A DNA stretch of 63,990 bases, the filler included. It is 9 parts of 9 records of this genome, joined end to end, with 100 filler letters (N's around TTAATTAATTAA, not from the genome) between each part and the next. Parts side by side here need not be neighbours in the genome. Positions count along the whole stretch, not along the records: positions 1 to 5,547 come from SRR31147125_27394; positions 5,648 to 14,321 come from SRR31147125_27409; 7 more parts are not named here. One strand, 5' to 3'. Numbering within the stretch: the stretch's first letter is position 1; every line of letters starts with the position of its first letter. Below are positions 1 to 12,331 of the stretch, piece after piece. A program made the translations under genes and the position numbers. The notes below the pieces were generated by a model. That model had not been told where the DNA came from and did no database searches. It saw nothing but the letters and a program-made list of their open reading frames with translations.

Positions 1-1340
1 TTCTTCATCGCCACGAATTCCTTCCTGGGTCATAAAGTTAGGAAAAGTACGCGAGTAACCGGTTGGGCGGTATTCATCGTGAACATCAACCATTAGTCCG
101 TGTGTTGCTGCTTTTCGAATCGCGTCGTGCAGCCAGTTAGTCCATTCCTGAGGGCCAACATTTACAAAACCATATTTAAGACCTGCAACGCCCCACGATT
201 TTAATAATGGAAGAACATCATCCAGTTGTTTTTCCAAAGAACGACGGTTTACATACAGTATGATACCAATCCCTTTTTCTTTGGCATAGTCAATAACCTT
301 TTGTAATTCCAAAGGTCCGGGCGAACGATTTGGGTCAACAGTTATCGTTGTTGCATCAGAGGCATCGTCGTATTCGTTTCCGTACCAACCGGCATCGAAC
401 TCAACAAATTGCAGCTTGTGTTTTTCAGCAAAATCAACACAAGCCATTCCTCCCTGTGTTGTTAAAGTAACTTCGCGAATAACTTTACCGGGTTTAATAA
501 ATGATGGATTGGCTATTTTATTCTCTTCATTCAAATTCAGTAATAAATAATTATTCTGAAGAATTTGAGCTGCATTTTCGCCTGCCATAACATAACGCCA
601 TGGAGTTTTATAAGCGTTTGCAGGAATAACAACAGGATATTCATTTTTATCTCCTTTTTCCAGCGATGCAACTAAGGTATTTGCTTTTGCATCGTGTTTC
701 TCAAATTTCATACGGGCGAAATCAACCAAAGCAGCTTCGCCAATAGCAGTAAAAACCGAATCGGAAAGTTCTGCCAGCAAAGGTCTTTCAGCAATAAATG
801 AAAGCTCTGATAGTTTTTGCTTTTCAATTTCGGATTGTGCACGTTTACTTGCCCAAACAAATGGATTATTTGGGTAAGTAAATTCTGTTAATTCCTGGTC
901 TACCTGCAATTCTTTATCGCTTTTAATTTCATAGCGGAATGCAATTCCTTCGTTATAAGCGCGCACCCTGAGTGCGAGCTCGCCTTCAAAAGTTTCACTC
1001 TTCAACTGAATAAGCGTTTCGTTATAATTATCGGTATATACATTACGTTCGCCATAAACGGGTTGCCATTCTTTATTACGTTTTACATTCTCAACGTTTA
1101 TTATTTTAACACCATCGGGCACTGAAGTTCCATCAACAAGTTTAAAACCTAAGGCCGATTTTTGAATAACAGCCTTGCCCTTCCAGTTAACGGTGTAAGC
1201 AAAATTATCTTTGGTACCAAGTTTAAAAACATAGGCGTTGTCGGGGCTGGTTAATTCAACACTTTCAATATTCTTTTTACAGGAAAAAAAGGAAGTGTCA
1301 GAATTAGTATCCATAAAATATTTTTTGTTCGAGTTCTCAT
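1..1340 (-). CDS. Glycoside hydrolase family 97 (alpha-glucosidase/galactosidase) lipoprotein; runs off window start; 1-nt frameshift in A7 at 1284-1290
   Basis: Not in the ORF track; translated by hand. The 3' end reads LMVDVHDEYRPTGYSRTFPNFMTQEGIRGDEE, a GH97 motif. ATG 1340 gives MRTRTKNILWILILTLPFF, and one extra base joins it to SCKKNIES (lipobox). Lies downstream of susC/susD. Confidence 0.9.
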
Positions 1341-1566
1341 AATATTCTCTTTATTTTTTTGTCAAAATTACTACTACTCTACTTCTCAGAGGCAGAATAA
1401 TTGTTCTTGATATGGGTACAATTTGTTTTTAACCTATTTAAACATCTTAATTTACGCGGTTTTCAGGCAAAAAGAAAGCCAGCCGGAGAATCTCCAACCA
1501 GCTTTCAATTTAAACTAACTAATTAACTAACTTCTATCTAATCAAACTAAATCTATTGTTGTTTTA

Positions 1567-3132
1567 TTAGTATCCGGGATTTTGTTCCAGATTAGGATTT
1601 GAATTGATCTGTTCTGAAGGAATAGGGAACAACATATCAGCAGGATCTACCTGAATATTGAATTCAGGATATCCATTTGTTTCCTGTTCGTACGAATTTT
1701 CCATGCGCTCTTTTGCGTAATCATATCCATATCTTCTCAAATCAAGAAGTGAATGCATTTCTCCAACAAATTCCATTTCGCGTTCTTCACGAATCGCCTG
1801 ACGAAGCTCGCTTTGACCTAAACCACTATAATTATCTAATTCAGCACGTTCGCGTACCATATTTATATAATCATGGGCTTCAGTAGTCATTCCCTTTTCA
1901 TTTAAAACCTCTGCATAAAGTAGCAACATATCGGCATAACGTATAAATGGGAAATTATTAGGCATTCTTACCCTATCAGTAAACTGAGGATCTGTACAAC
2001 GGAATTTTACACAATAAGCAGCCGATTCGTGATCTTTTCTATAATCGTAAACAACACCATTGGCGGCATAATGAGTTAAAATACTCCATTTATATCGTGG
2101 TCCATTATCGCGTTCTTTAAACCAGTCTGCAAATTCAGGCATAATTAAATCGTATTTAATACCACTTTGTCCCGGAGGCATAACACCTACTTCACCTGTA
2201 GGTTCTAAAGTTTCAGGATCTAAAAACTCGATATCCTTTTCTCTTGGCCAGCTATAGAAATAGAAATACTCTGAAGGGCCATCTGCTCCCACCAGCTGCA
2301 ATGCATACAAGAATTCTTCATTATTATCGTTATCCCAGGCAAAAACTTCAGGGAAAGTTGGTAATAAGCTATGTTCTCCACTGTTAATCACCTGTTCAAG
2401 TGTTGTTTTTGCGAGGTCGAGTTTCGATGCATCTTGCAAAGGATTACCAGACATTGTTACATATACTTTTGCCAATAATCCAAGAGCAGCAGTTTCCGTT
2501 GGAAATCCTAAAGTTCCGTTAGCTACTGTTTCACTACGTGTTGGTAATACATCAGCAGCAGCCTTTAAATCAGAGATAATAAATTCATAAGTTTGCGCAA
2601 TGCTGGCACGACTTGGATAAAGATCATCAGTTAAAGCAACCGGTTGATCAACTATTGGAACTCCACCCCATAGCTGCACCATGTAATTATAAACCATTGC
2701 ACGCAGAAATTTAGCGGCGCCAATCTGTTCGGCTTTGTCGGTTTCGTCCATTTCAACATCTGCTGTTAGTGCAATCATGTCGTTACAAGAACGAATGGTT
2801 TTATAACATCTGTCCCACAAATCGTAATAAGCCGGATTTCCCCAGGCATTTAACCAGTTCCACTCAGCAAATGATTGTCTTTCGTGGTTTGCCCGAACCT
2901 GATACATAAAGGCTGGCCCGGTATATTCAACTGCCCAATGTAATCTTCTATGCGTTAAAAGTGCATATTCAGCTCTTGCATAGGCTTCATTAAGCATTGG
3001 CGACACATGACTTTCTACCGGAAAACTACCTTCACCAAGAACACTGTATAAATTTTCTTCTAAATAATCGTCGCAACCAAAAGGAACAAATAGTACTAGT
3101 GCGACCAGTGATATTAATAATTTCTTCTTCAT
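1567..3132 (-). CDS. susD: RagB/SusD family outer-membrane glycan-binding lipoprotein
   Basis: Lipobox FGC; motifs AKFLRA, WGGVPI, RYADMLLLYAE, IREEREMEF, PIPSEQI..NPNLEQNPGY; adjacent to SusC. Confidence 0.95.
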   Translation of the reverse strand: MKKKLLISLVALVLFVPFGCDDYLEENLYSVLGEGSFPVESHVSPMLNEAYARAEYALLTHRRLHWAVEYTGPAFMYQVRANHERQSFAEWNWLNAWGNPAYYDLWDRCYKTIRSCNDMIALTADVEMDETDKAEQIGAAKFLRAMVYNYMVQLWGGVPIVDQPVALTDDLYPSRASIAQTYEFIISDLKAAADVLPTRSETVANGTLGFPTETAALGLLAKVYVTMSGNPLQDASKLDLAKTTLEQVINSGEHSLLPTFPEVFAWDNDNNEEFLYALQLVGADGPSEYFYFYSWPREKDIEFLDPETLEPTGEVGVMPPGQSGIKYDLIMPEFADWFKERDNGPRYKWSILTHYAANGVVYDYRKDHESAAYCVKFRCTDPQFTDRVRMPNNFPFIRYADMLLLYAEVLNEKGMTTEAHDYINMVRERAELDNYSGLGQSELRQAIREEREMEFVGEMHSLLDLRRYGYDYAKERMENSYEQETNGYPEFNIQVDPADMLFPIPSEQINSNPNLEQNPGY

Positions 3133-3143
3133 TTCTTTCAGTT

Positions 3144-5547
3144 TTAGAATGTTACATTAATTCCCATTGTAATGGTTTTTGCCTGTGGATAACCACCGGT
3201 ATCCCAACCTTCACCAAACGCACTTGTACCCCCTGAACTAACATCAGGACTATATCCGTCGTAATCAGTTATTGTAAATACATTTGTAGCATTTACATAC
3301 AATTTTGCCCGATCTACCCAAGAGATATTTTTTACCGGCAAATTATAACCGAAACGAATATCTTTCAAACGTACATAAGAACCATCTTTTAGCATTAAAC
3401 TATCAACTCGTAAACCAATACGACCATTACCTCCTGTTTTATTGGCTGCATATTTGGCGTCAACACGGTTGTCAGGAGTCCACTCGTTATTAATGTGTTC
3501 CCACAAATCGCTGGCAGAGCTCAAATTAACAATATCGTTGCCAATAGATCCCTGGAAGAATAAACTCAAATCGAAATCTTTATACTGGAAATTATTGGTG
3601 ATACCATAAACTAAATCAGGTTGGCCATTACCAATTGCGTAACGGTCGGCATCCGATATTTTACCATCACCGTTATGGTCTTCATAAATATAATATCCTT
3701 CGGTATTTCGTCCTGAGCCATGGTCTACCGGCCACGAATCGGCTTGTGTTTGATCTTCAAATACTCCAATAATATTATAACCATAAATTGCACCGGCAGA
3801 TTCGCCTACATATAAACGACTTCCGCCCCATCTGTCCCATTGTGCAACTTCAAGGTACTCGTTATCGCCAATATCAGTAGCTTCTGCATTATACATGGCA
3901 CCATTCAAATTTACATCCCAATGGAATTTTCCTTCCATGGCAATCCAGTTTACATTAAATTCGAAACCTGTATTTTTTAACGAACCAACATTTTGACGAG
4001 CTGATGTAAATCCTGAAGTAATTGGAACAACCACATCAAGAATCAAATCATCAGTATTTTTAATATAATAGTCGAGGTTTACGCCCAAACGGCTGTCAAG
4101 AAAACCTAAGTCTAAACCAATATTGTATTGTGTTGTAGTTTCCCATTTCAACTCAGGATTGGCCATACGCGATAAACTGGCACCTGCTCCGAGCGATTCG
4201 TTAATGGCATAACGATTACCACTAACACTCCATGTTCCTAATGAACTGTAAACCGGAATATCGCCATTACCTGTTTGTCCAACACTAGCTCTTAATTTTA
4301 AGTCTGAAAACAAAGACTGGTCTGTCATAAATCCTTCCTCTATTGCTCTCCATGCACCTGCTAACGATGGGAAAAATCCCCATTTATTATCTGCACCAAA
4401 ACGAGAAGAACCATCGTAACGGAAATTGGCAGTTACCAGGTACTTACTGTTGTAGTTATAATTTAAACGACCAAAAAATCCAACAGTTTGCCATTCGTCT
4501 TTGTATGAACTAACCTTAATATTATCCAGTCCCTCGCCCAAATTATTAGTTGTAAGGTTGTCTGAAGTAAAGTTCTCGGCATGCATGTTGCGGGTTTGTA
4601 TTGTTTGGTTTTGCACCTCTGCTCCTGCCATTGCAGAAAGTTTGTGTTCTCCCAATTCTTTGTCATACGAGAAATAACCGTTAGCCATCTTTCTTTCAAT
4701 AATTCGTCTGTTTATTGATCCCTGACCACCTGGTTTCACACTATTGTGTAAAGTTATGGTACGAGGATAATAAATATTCCTTTCACCATCGGAATGATCG
4801 ATACCGGCAGTTCCATGGAATTTCAAATCCGGAGAGAATGTCATATCAACAAATGCGTTACCCAACAACCTATTTGTTGTTAAGAAGTCGGTTACATCTT
4901 CCGAAAATTTAACAGGGTTGGTAGTTTCGTATAACTCTTCAGGATTTGTCCACCAACGTCCATTTTCAGCTACCCAATCAATTTCGTAGGTTGGGCGAGT
5001 ACTTAAAGCCATATTAGCCATATTAATACCAACTGTAGCACCGGTTGTTGTAAGATCGTTTTGCGAGTGAGTTAAAGCAAAGTTAGCTCCCAGGCTTAAG
5101 AAATCGCTCAATTTAGTGTCAAGGTTCATTCTAACCTGAGCATCTTTATAACCAGAATTAATCATAGTACCTTCCTTATTAGATACTTTTCCAGACAACA
5201 GGTATTTTGAGTTTTCATTACCTCCGGTAACCGAAAGCGATAAAATTTGGTGAGCGGCCACACGATAAACCTCATCTTGCCAATTTACTGTAGCTGCATT
5301 TTGAGGAAGCGGACGATAGAATGTAGAACCATCGTACCAAGGTTGTTCGCCACCGGCTGCTCTTGCTGCGTTGTAACGCTCTGCGTACTCAGGTCCGGTT
5401 AATACATCAAATTTCTTTTCAACCTGTTGCAAACCATAACTGTAATTAACATTCAATTTCGGAGCTCCTGTTTTTCCACGTTTCGTTTTAATAAGAACAA
5501 CTCCATTTGCTCCTCTTGAACCATAAATAGCTGTTGCAGAAGCATCT
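3144..5547 (-). CDS. susC: SusC/RagA TonB-dependent transporter (5' truncated by contig end)
   Basis: Frame continues upstream of 5456 through the plug motif DASATAIYGSRGANGVVLIKTKRG; RYDGSSRFG, NPELKWETT; C-terminal Phe. Confidence 0.95.
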
Positions 5548-5647
5548 NNNNNNNNNNNNNNNNNNNNNNNNNNNNNNNNNNNNNNNNNNNNTTAATTAAT
5601 TAANNNNNNNNNNNNNNNNNNNNNNNNNNNNNNNNNNNNNNNNNNNN
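5548..5647. other. Artificial contig-joining spacer (N-run + TTAATTAATTAA + N-run)
   Basis: 100-nt spacer with stops in all six frames, identical at eight places. Confidence 0.99.
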
Positions 5648-6166
5648 TTTAAGTTGGAAATGGCGACACAGATAAATCATTCAAAAGAGTTGTTTCCGGA
5701 AGTAAGAGATGCATTCAAAAAAATAAGAAAACACGTAAATATATATAATCAGACTGTGCTGCTTAATGGTATCAATAATACTCCTGAAGATCTTATTGAT
5801 TTAAGTGATGACATGAGATATCTGGGGATTGACAATCATTATATTTTTCATTGTGTACCTATAAAAGGATCTGAGCAGTTTAGAATTACTGTAGATGAAA
5901 GCATTGATTTAATAAGAAAAGTTACTTCTTCTGGTTATATTTCTGGTCGCGCAAAACCACAGTTAGCTTTAATGACTGATGTTGGGAAAGTAACACTATA
6001 TGAAGGCAGTATTGTTGATAGAAAGGACAGTAAAATTCAACTTAAAACCAATTATAAGTATGAGGATAGGTTGAAATGGAATCCATATTGGGAGTTACCT
6101 GATAGCACTACTGTAGATAATGAAGGAAATCTTCTCGTTTGGTATAATGATAAGAGTAAAGTATGA
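5648..6166 (+). CDS. KamA/EpmB-family (lysine 2,3-aminomutase-like) radical SAM protein, C-terminal fragment
   Basis: INHSKE, YNQTVLLNGINN, YIFHCVPIKGSEQFR and ISGRAKP match the KamA C-terminal half; the CxxxCxxC region is outside the contig. Confidence 0.75.
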   Translation, partial: FKLEMATQINHSKELFPEVRDAFKKIRKHVNIYNQTVLLNGINNTPEDLIDLSDDMRYLGIDNHYIFHCVPIKGSEQFRITVDESIDLIRKVTSSGYISGRAKPQLALMTDVGKVTLYEGSIVDRKDSKIQLKTNYKYEDRLKWNPYWELPDSTTVDNEGNLLVWYNDKSKV

Positions 6167-7230
6167 TAAATATAGACAATATAACTATTGGAGATTCGCA
6201 ACCTTGTTATTTGATTGCTGAAATATCTGCAAATCACTGTAACGATTTCGAAATTGCTAAAAAGACAATTAAGGCTGCAAAGGAATCTGGTGCAAATGCC
6301 GTAAAAATTCAAACATATACTCCTGATACGATGACTATTGATTGCAAATCTGATGATTTTAGAATTAAAGGTGGAACAATATGGGATGGTATGTATGAAT
6401 ATGATTTATATAAAGAAGCATATATGCCATGGGATTGGCAGCCCAAGCTTCAAGAGTATGCATCAGAACTAGGAATAACACTGTTTTCAACATCATTTGA
6501 TAAAACATCTACTGATTTTCTTGAAAAGATGAATGTCCCAGCGTATAAAATTGCATCATTTGAAGCAAATGATTTACCTTTGGTTGAATATATTGCATCA
6601 AAAGGGAAACCAGTTATTATTTCGACAGGAATCTGTTATGAAGAAGAGATCTCAGAGATTGTAGAAACTTGTCATAAAGCAGGTAACGAAGAGATAATTT
6701 TACTAAAATGCACAAGTTCATATCCTGCAAAACTTGAGGATATGAACATTAAAGTGATGAAGGATATTAGAGAAAAACTTAATGTCTTAGTTGGTTTGTC
6801 AGATCATTCTATGCAGCTAGAATGTGTATTAGCTGCTGTTTCTCTTGGTGCGTGTGTAATTGAAAAGCACTTTATATTGGATAGGAGTTTGGGTGGACCT
6901 GATGCATCTTTCTCATTGAATCCTCAGGAATTTAGTGAAATGTCTAAATCAGTTAGAAATTTGGAAAAAGCTTTGGGTACAATAAACTACAAGTTAACAG
7001 AAAGTGTTGAGAAGAATAGGTGCTTTGCCCGTTCTCTATATGTAGTTAAGGACATGCGGGCAGGGGATACATTCTCATTGGATAATATTAAATCGATTAG
7101 ACCAGGTTTTGGTTTGCCTCCAAAATATCTATATTCGATTTTAGGAAAGAAAATAATAAAAGATGTTATTAGAGGTGTTCCTCTTAGTTGGGAATTAGTA
7201 GATGATAGGATAAGTAACGAGAATGAATAA
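6163..7230 (+). CDS. pseI: Pseudaminic acid synthase (NeuB family, SAF domain)
   Basis: IAEISANH, KIQTYTPDTMTID, AYKIASFE, GLSDHS, IEKHF, RSLY..IRPGFGL; ATGA overlap with the upstream gene. Confidence 0.92.
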   Translation: MINIDNITIGDSQPCYLIAEISANHCNDFEIAKKTIKAAKESGANAVKIQTYTPDTMTIDCKSDDFRIKGGTIWDGMYEYDLYKEAYMPWDWQPKLQEYASELGITLFSTSFDKTSTDFLEKMNVPAYKIASFEANDLPLVEYIASKGKPVIISTGICYEEEISEIVETCHKAGNEEIILLKCTSSYPAKLEDMNIKVMKDIREKLNVLVGLSDHSMQLECVLAAVSLGACVIEKHFILDRSLGGPDASFSLNPQEFSEMSKSVRNLEKALGTINYKLTESVEKNRCFARSLYVVKDMRAGDTFSLDNIKSIRPGFGLPPKYLYSILGKKIIKDVIRGVPLSWELVDDRISNENE

Positions 7231-7260
7231 ACACTAAGGTCTAGTCCGGTTTTTAATGAA

Positions 7261-8102
7261 ATGGATATTCAATCAATAGTAATATTTGGGTATGGACCAC
7301 TTGCATTAAACACATTGAAAGAATTGATCTCTGAATATCGAATTGAAATGGTTGTTACACATAGAGATATGACGGATTACTCTGTTGATAAGTTTTGTTC
7401 ATATAATAATATCGTCTTTAATTATAGTAATCCTCAAAAACATATGGATTATTTTAAAGATTTATTTTCTAAATCCAGCAAAGATCAGATACTGATTAGT
7501 GTAAATTACAAATATATAATACCAAAGGAAGTCTTTGGTCTCTTCAGATATGCATTTAATGTTCATGGATCTCTATTGCCTAAATATAGAGGTAGATCTC
7601 CTCATGTTTGGGCAATAATTAATGGTGAGAAGAAATGTGGTATTACTTCTCATATAATGGAAGTAAAAGTAGATTCTGGTGATATTATTCTGCAAAAAGA
7701 AATTGATATTTGTGATGAAGATACAAGTGTATCAATAATTGAAAAGTATAGGTTGAATTATCCAACGATTGTCAAAGAATCCATAAAAAAATTATTAGTA
7801 AATGATCCTCTAATACCACAGAATCATTTATATGCTACATATTATGGCAAAAGAACTCCTGAAATGGGAAATATAGATCCATATATGAATACAAAAAGAA
7901 TTATCAATTTAATAAGGGCACTAAGGCCTTCTTATTCCGGCGCTTATTTCTATAATTCTCAAGGGAAAAAATGATTATTGAAGAAGTGATGGTATATCCA
8001 AAAAAATCTGATGAAATTGGAACCTTGATAGAGGAAAGAGGTTGTATTTATTTGAATTGTTCTGAAAATTCTTTGAAAATATTGAAATATACAATAAAGT
8101 AG
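7261..8102 (+). CDS. Sugar-nucleotide N-formyltransferase (Fmt/ArnA-N-like); frameshift in A-run near 7966-7971
   Basis: NVHGSLLPKYRGRSP..WAIINGE, VDSGDII; C-terminal domain continues in the shifted frame 7971-8102. Confidence 0.85.
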
Positions 8103-8305
8103 AACTGAACTCTATGAAATGCTTATGGATTTGATTAATCTTAGATAATTAAAACATCAACTTCATGTATTTACGCTTCAATCTATGACATTAAGCAATA
8201 AGCATATGAATTATTACAATTATTACTTTTCTTATTAGATATCGATGGATATTATTGTAAATCTGATATGAAAAAAACACAATTCCCAGTTTTATAGGTT
8301 ATGGA

Positions 8306-9577
8306 ATGTATATGAGAAATAAATGTGATGTATTAGTATTGATATGGGGTATGGAAGGTCGAGATCCCGAAGCTCTAATACCAGTTATTTACCTACTACG
8401 AGAGAAATATAATTTAACAGTTATTATAAAAAGTATGTTTGAATTCAGTGCAATAGATTGGTATAAGCCAAAAATTTTGTATATGAATGGATGCATTGGA
8501 TCAGGTATAAGCTATATGATTTCAAAATATGCTAAACAACGAGGAGTATATGTAGTTACCAACCATGCCGAAGGCATATTCAATAAAGAGGAAATCTCAG
8601 AATACTTATGGGGTTGGAATAAGGAGAAGATTCCAACAACGGATAAATATTTCTTATGGAATAATAATGCTTATAATTGGTCTGTTGAGAAATTCCCATA
8701 CATGAAAGATGTTTTAAGTGTTTCTGGTAGTATTGGACATGAGAAATATCGATATTTAAAAGATGATAACACTAGTATTGATTTTTTAAAAAAAGGATTT
8801 GAAGGAGTTATTCTATATATAGGATGGGGTTTTGACAGAGCGATAGAAGAGTATAAAGCTGGTAAACACAAATACGATCCATGTATATCAAGAGATTATA
8901 CAATTAATTACTTAAAACGAATAGCTGAAGAATTTCCTAGAAAACTGCTAATCTTGAAATATCATCCTGGTGTAGTACGTGAACATGAATCTGAAATCCA
9001 CTCTTATTTTGATGGATATGATAATGTAAAGATATTAAGAAATGAGTATTCCATGTTTAGCTTGATCATGCTATCAGATATCATTACCGTATTTGATTCA
9101 TCAGCAATATTAGATGCTTGGATGTGTAATAAGGAAGTCGTTACATTCTGTAAAGATGAAAGTCTAATAAGCTATGGAAAAAAAATTAGAGATCTATCTA
9201 CAATCTGTGATAACGAAGATAATCTTATTGATATTTTGAAAAAATTCTATTTAGATGGTTCTAAAGAAACTTCAAAAGAGATTGTGGAAAAAAGGAAAGA
9301 AATTTTGGAGAGTTGTTTTGGAAGTTTTTCAAATAGTCCATCAAAACAAGTATCTGAACATATATATCATAACTTGAATCATGGGAAGAAAAAGGAAAGA
9401 TTGTTATCCTTAAAAATGAATATAATAGGATATTTTAATATGGTATATTACCATTTACATATTCTTAAAAGACCATCAATATTCAATCAGATGAGATTAC
9501 ATTATAAACCTGTGGAGTTTGAAAGGCAATATAATTATTTTACTGATAAACTAAAAAAATATTATGAGGAAATATAA
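8306..9577 (+). CDS. Surface carbohydrate biosynthesis protein (GT-B-like, putative nonulosonate transferase)
   Basis: HAEG, DKYFLWN, LKYHPG and SSAILDAW resemble GT-B/sialyltransferase-like glycan-cluster proteins; supported by context. Confidence 0.55.
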   Translation: MYMRNKCDVLVLIWGMEGRDPEALIPVIYLLREKYNLTVIIKSMFEFSAIDWYKPKILYMNGCIGSGISYMISKYAKQRGVYVVTNHAEGIFNKEEISEYLWGWNKEKIPTTDKYFLWNNNAYNWSVEKFPYMKDVLSVSGSIGHEKYRYLKDDNTSIDFLKKGFEGVILYIGWGFDRAIEEYKAGKHKYDPCISRDYTINYLKRIAEEFPRKLLILKYHPGVVREHESEIHSYFDGYDNVKILRNEYSMFSLIMLSDIITVFDSSAILDAWMCNKEVVTFCKDESLISYGKKIRDLSTICDNEDNLIDILKKFYLDGSKETSKEIVEKRKEILESCFGSFSNSPSKQVSEHIYHNLNHGKKKERLLSLKMNIIGYFNMVYYHLHILKRPSIFNQMRLHYKPVEFERQYNYFTDKLKKYYEEI

Positions 9578-11057
9578 TTGGGAAATTTGGTCCATTCAGG
9601 AAATCTTAGTAAATCAATAGTGAAAAATTCTTCGCTGTATTTTTCTCTTCGTTAGTGACAAAAGCGGCTTCAGTTTTATTGTTGCCTATTATGACCAGAG
9701 TATTAACAACCGAAGACTATGGTGTTTTAGCAAATTTAACAGCATTTATACAATTCAGTAGTGTTTTTATTTCATTATATCTAGATAGTGCGTTTAATCG
9801 GTTTTACTATTCTAATGATGATGATAAACAACAGTTAAAAATTTACATTAGCACATTTTATTGGTTTATACTGCTTTGGGGGTTAATTCCTACCGGAGCG
9901 TTATTGTTCACAAGTTGGTCAAGATTATCCAGTTTCTATAATATAGATTTTTTTCCAATGCTAGTTTTAGTCTCTGTATCTCCTTTATTATTGCAGCTAA
10001 GTACTCTAGGAAGAATGTATTTACGAAACAATATAAAAACCAAAGAGATTATTTATTGGGATCTACTAGTATTTTTTATATCAACAGGAATTTCTTTATA
10101 TCTAATTATATATTGTAGGATGGGGGTTTTAGGAAGGGTTATAGGTCTCACAGTTAGCTATTTATCTTCGGCTGTTTATTTTAGTTCAATACTTATAAAG
10201 AAGAAATTAATAAGTCTAACATTCAGCAGAAAACTGATTAAAGATAGTCTTAAGTTCTCATTACCTCTTATGCCCCTAGCTCTTGCTTCTTGGGTAACAA
10301 CTTTGAGTGACAGAATAATAATATCTTATTATGGGAATGTTGCTGATAGCGGGATTTATGATATTGCTTATAAAATAGCTTTAATGCTTCATGTTGTTAC
10401 TGAGTCCATATTTCAAGTTTTTGCCTCAATAATGACATCTTTATATACTCATGATATAAAAAAATTTCGAAAAACAATGAGTAAATTTGCAACAAATTAT
10501 AATTTTATTGTTTTATTCGTAGCCTTTTATCTGTCAATTCTATCTAAAGAAATAGTTACTGTTTTTCTTGATAATAGTTTTATTGAGGCACATATCTTCG
10601 TACCAATTATAGTTCTAGGTTATTATATAAGCTCTCATAATAAGTATCTTGGTACTGTTTTCGGTTTTCAAAAAAACATATTTGAGTTCTATAGGATATT
10701 TCGTTCAAGCTTTCATAAATTTTATTATAAATATTATATTTATTCCTGTTTTCGGTAATATAACAGCGGCATGGTCAACTTTTATATCCCTTGTTTTTTT
10801 GACGGTTTGGAATGGATTCTTTTTTTATAAAATGGGAAAAGGTTAAATTTGAATGGAAAAAGTTGTCAAAAACAATACTGATTTTCTTAGTTGCATATAT
10901 AGGTTCCTATTATGCTAATTATTATATATTTAAATTTGAAGAACTAATTGGAGTCATTCTAGTAAAAATATTTATTTCTTTTCCAATAATAATTTGTGGC
11001 GTATATCTTTTTAAAATTATTACAATATCTGATATCAAAAAATTGATTAGGGAATGA
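9578..11057 (+). CDS. wzx: Wzx-type oligosaccharide flippase, split by about 3 homopolymer frameshifts (near 9640, 10670, 10820)
   Basis: LLPIMTRVLTTEDYG, LKFSLPL, SDRIII..GIYDIAYK; ORF pieces 9655-10758, 10649-10846 and 10812-11057 tile one multi-TM protein. Confidence 0.85.
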
Positions 11058-11060
11058 TTA

Positions 11061-12205
11061 ATGAAAATTATCTTTACTGGGGATTTATCATCAACTGGAA
11101 ATTTCGAAGATGCAATTAAGAAAAACAAGAATATAATCTCAAAAGAAATAACATCACATTTTAATAATGCTGATTATGTTCATGTCAATTTGGAAAATCC
11201 AATTACGGAATCAGGCGTTATACGACAATCCAAAAAGGGAATTGCACTTAAAGCACCTATCGAGTTAGTAAATTTACTAAAGAAAAACAATATTAATATA
11301 TGTACTTTGGCAAATAACCATATTATGGATTATGGCGATAAAGGATTGCAGAATACGATAGACATTCTTGATGTTAATGATATCATCTATTATGGGATTG
11401 ATAATGATAAAAAATATACAATTCTTGAGAAGGATAATAGTAAAATTGCTTTAATAACATCAGCTCATAAAGAGGGCCCATGCGCAACAAAAAATAAAAA
11501 AGGGCCACAACTATTTAAATTAATAGAAATTGAAAAAATACTGAATGATATTAAATTAAAACACAATCCAGATACGATAGTGTATAATTATCATGGAGGA
11601 ACAGAGTTTAATATCATTCCTGAAAAAAACCGAAAATTATTTTTTAGATCATTAATTGATCTCGGAGTTGATATAGTTATTGGGCATCACTCACATGTCC
11701 CACAGGGGATTGAAAATTATGGAAATGGTATTATTGTTTATGGGTTGGGAAATCTAATATTTGATCTTAGTTATCATAAGAGATTTTCATTTTCGTCATT
11801 ATCTTATTATATAGAGTATGATTCTATAAAAAAAGGATTAGACAATATTTTTATACTTTGAACAGTTCGAGTGCTAAAATTAATTACATTGAAGATAAAA
11901 AAATGATAGAAATATTAAATGATAGAATGAATTGCTTTGATTCAATAGGCCAATATTTTGATGCATGGCTTCTAGAGTCAATAAGAGTTTTATTTTTGTA
12001 TAATTATATTGATGAAAAAAATATTTTAGGATCATATAGAAATGAATTTCTAAAAGCCTTCAAAGCAAGGTTCCCAAATAGAATAATTTTTACATTAAAG
12101 TTTTTAAAGATGTGGATAATAACGAGATTTCATGAAGGATTAAGACCTCTAATAAGTCTTAGAAATATCATTTCTTACGATAAGATATTAAAACTTTTGG
12201 AGTAA
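11061..12205 (+). CDS. CapA (PgsA)-family metallophosphoesterase-fold protein; frameshift near 11830
   Basis: FTGD, VNLENPI, LANNHIMDYG, YHGGTE, IGHHSHVPQG, YGLGNLIFD; 11858-12205 appears to be the frameshifted C-terminus. Confidence 0.85.
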
Positions 12206-12331
12206 TAGATAAGAAAAATATTCCTTTAGGTATAAAGTGATAATGAACTGTCAAATACATAAGATCATAGAAGTCTTACGAATAAGGCATTGTTTATTAA
12301 ATCATGATTAGAGCTATTTATAGGATTTTAG

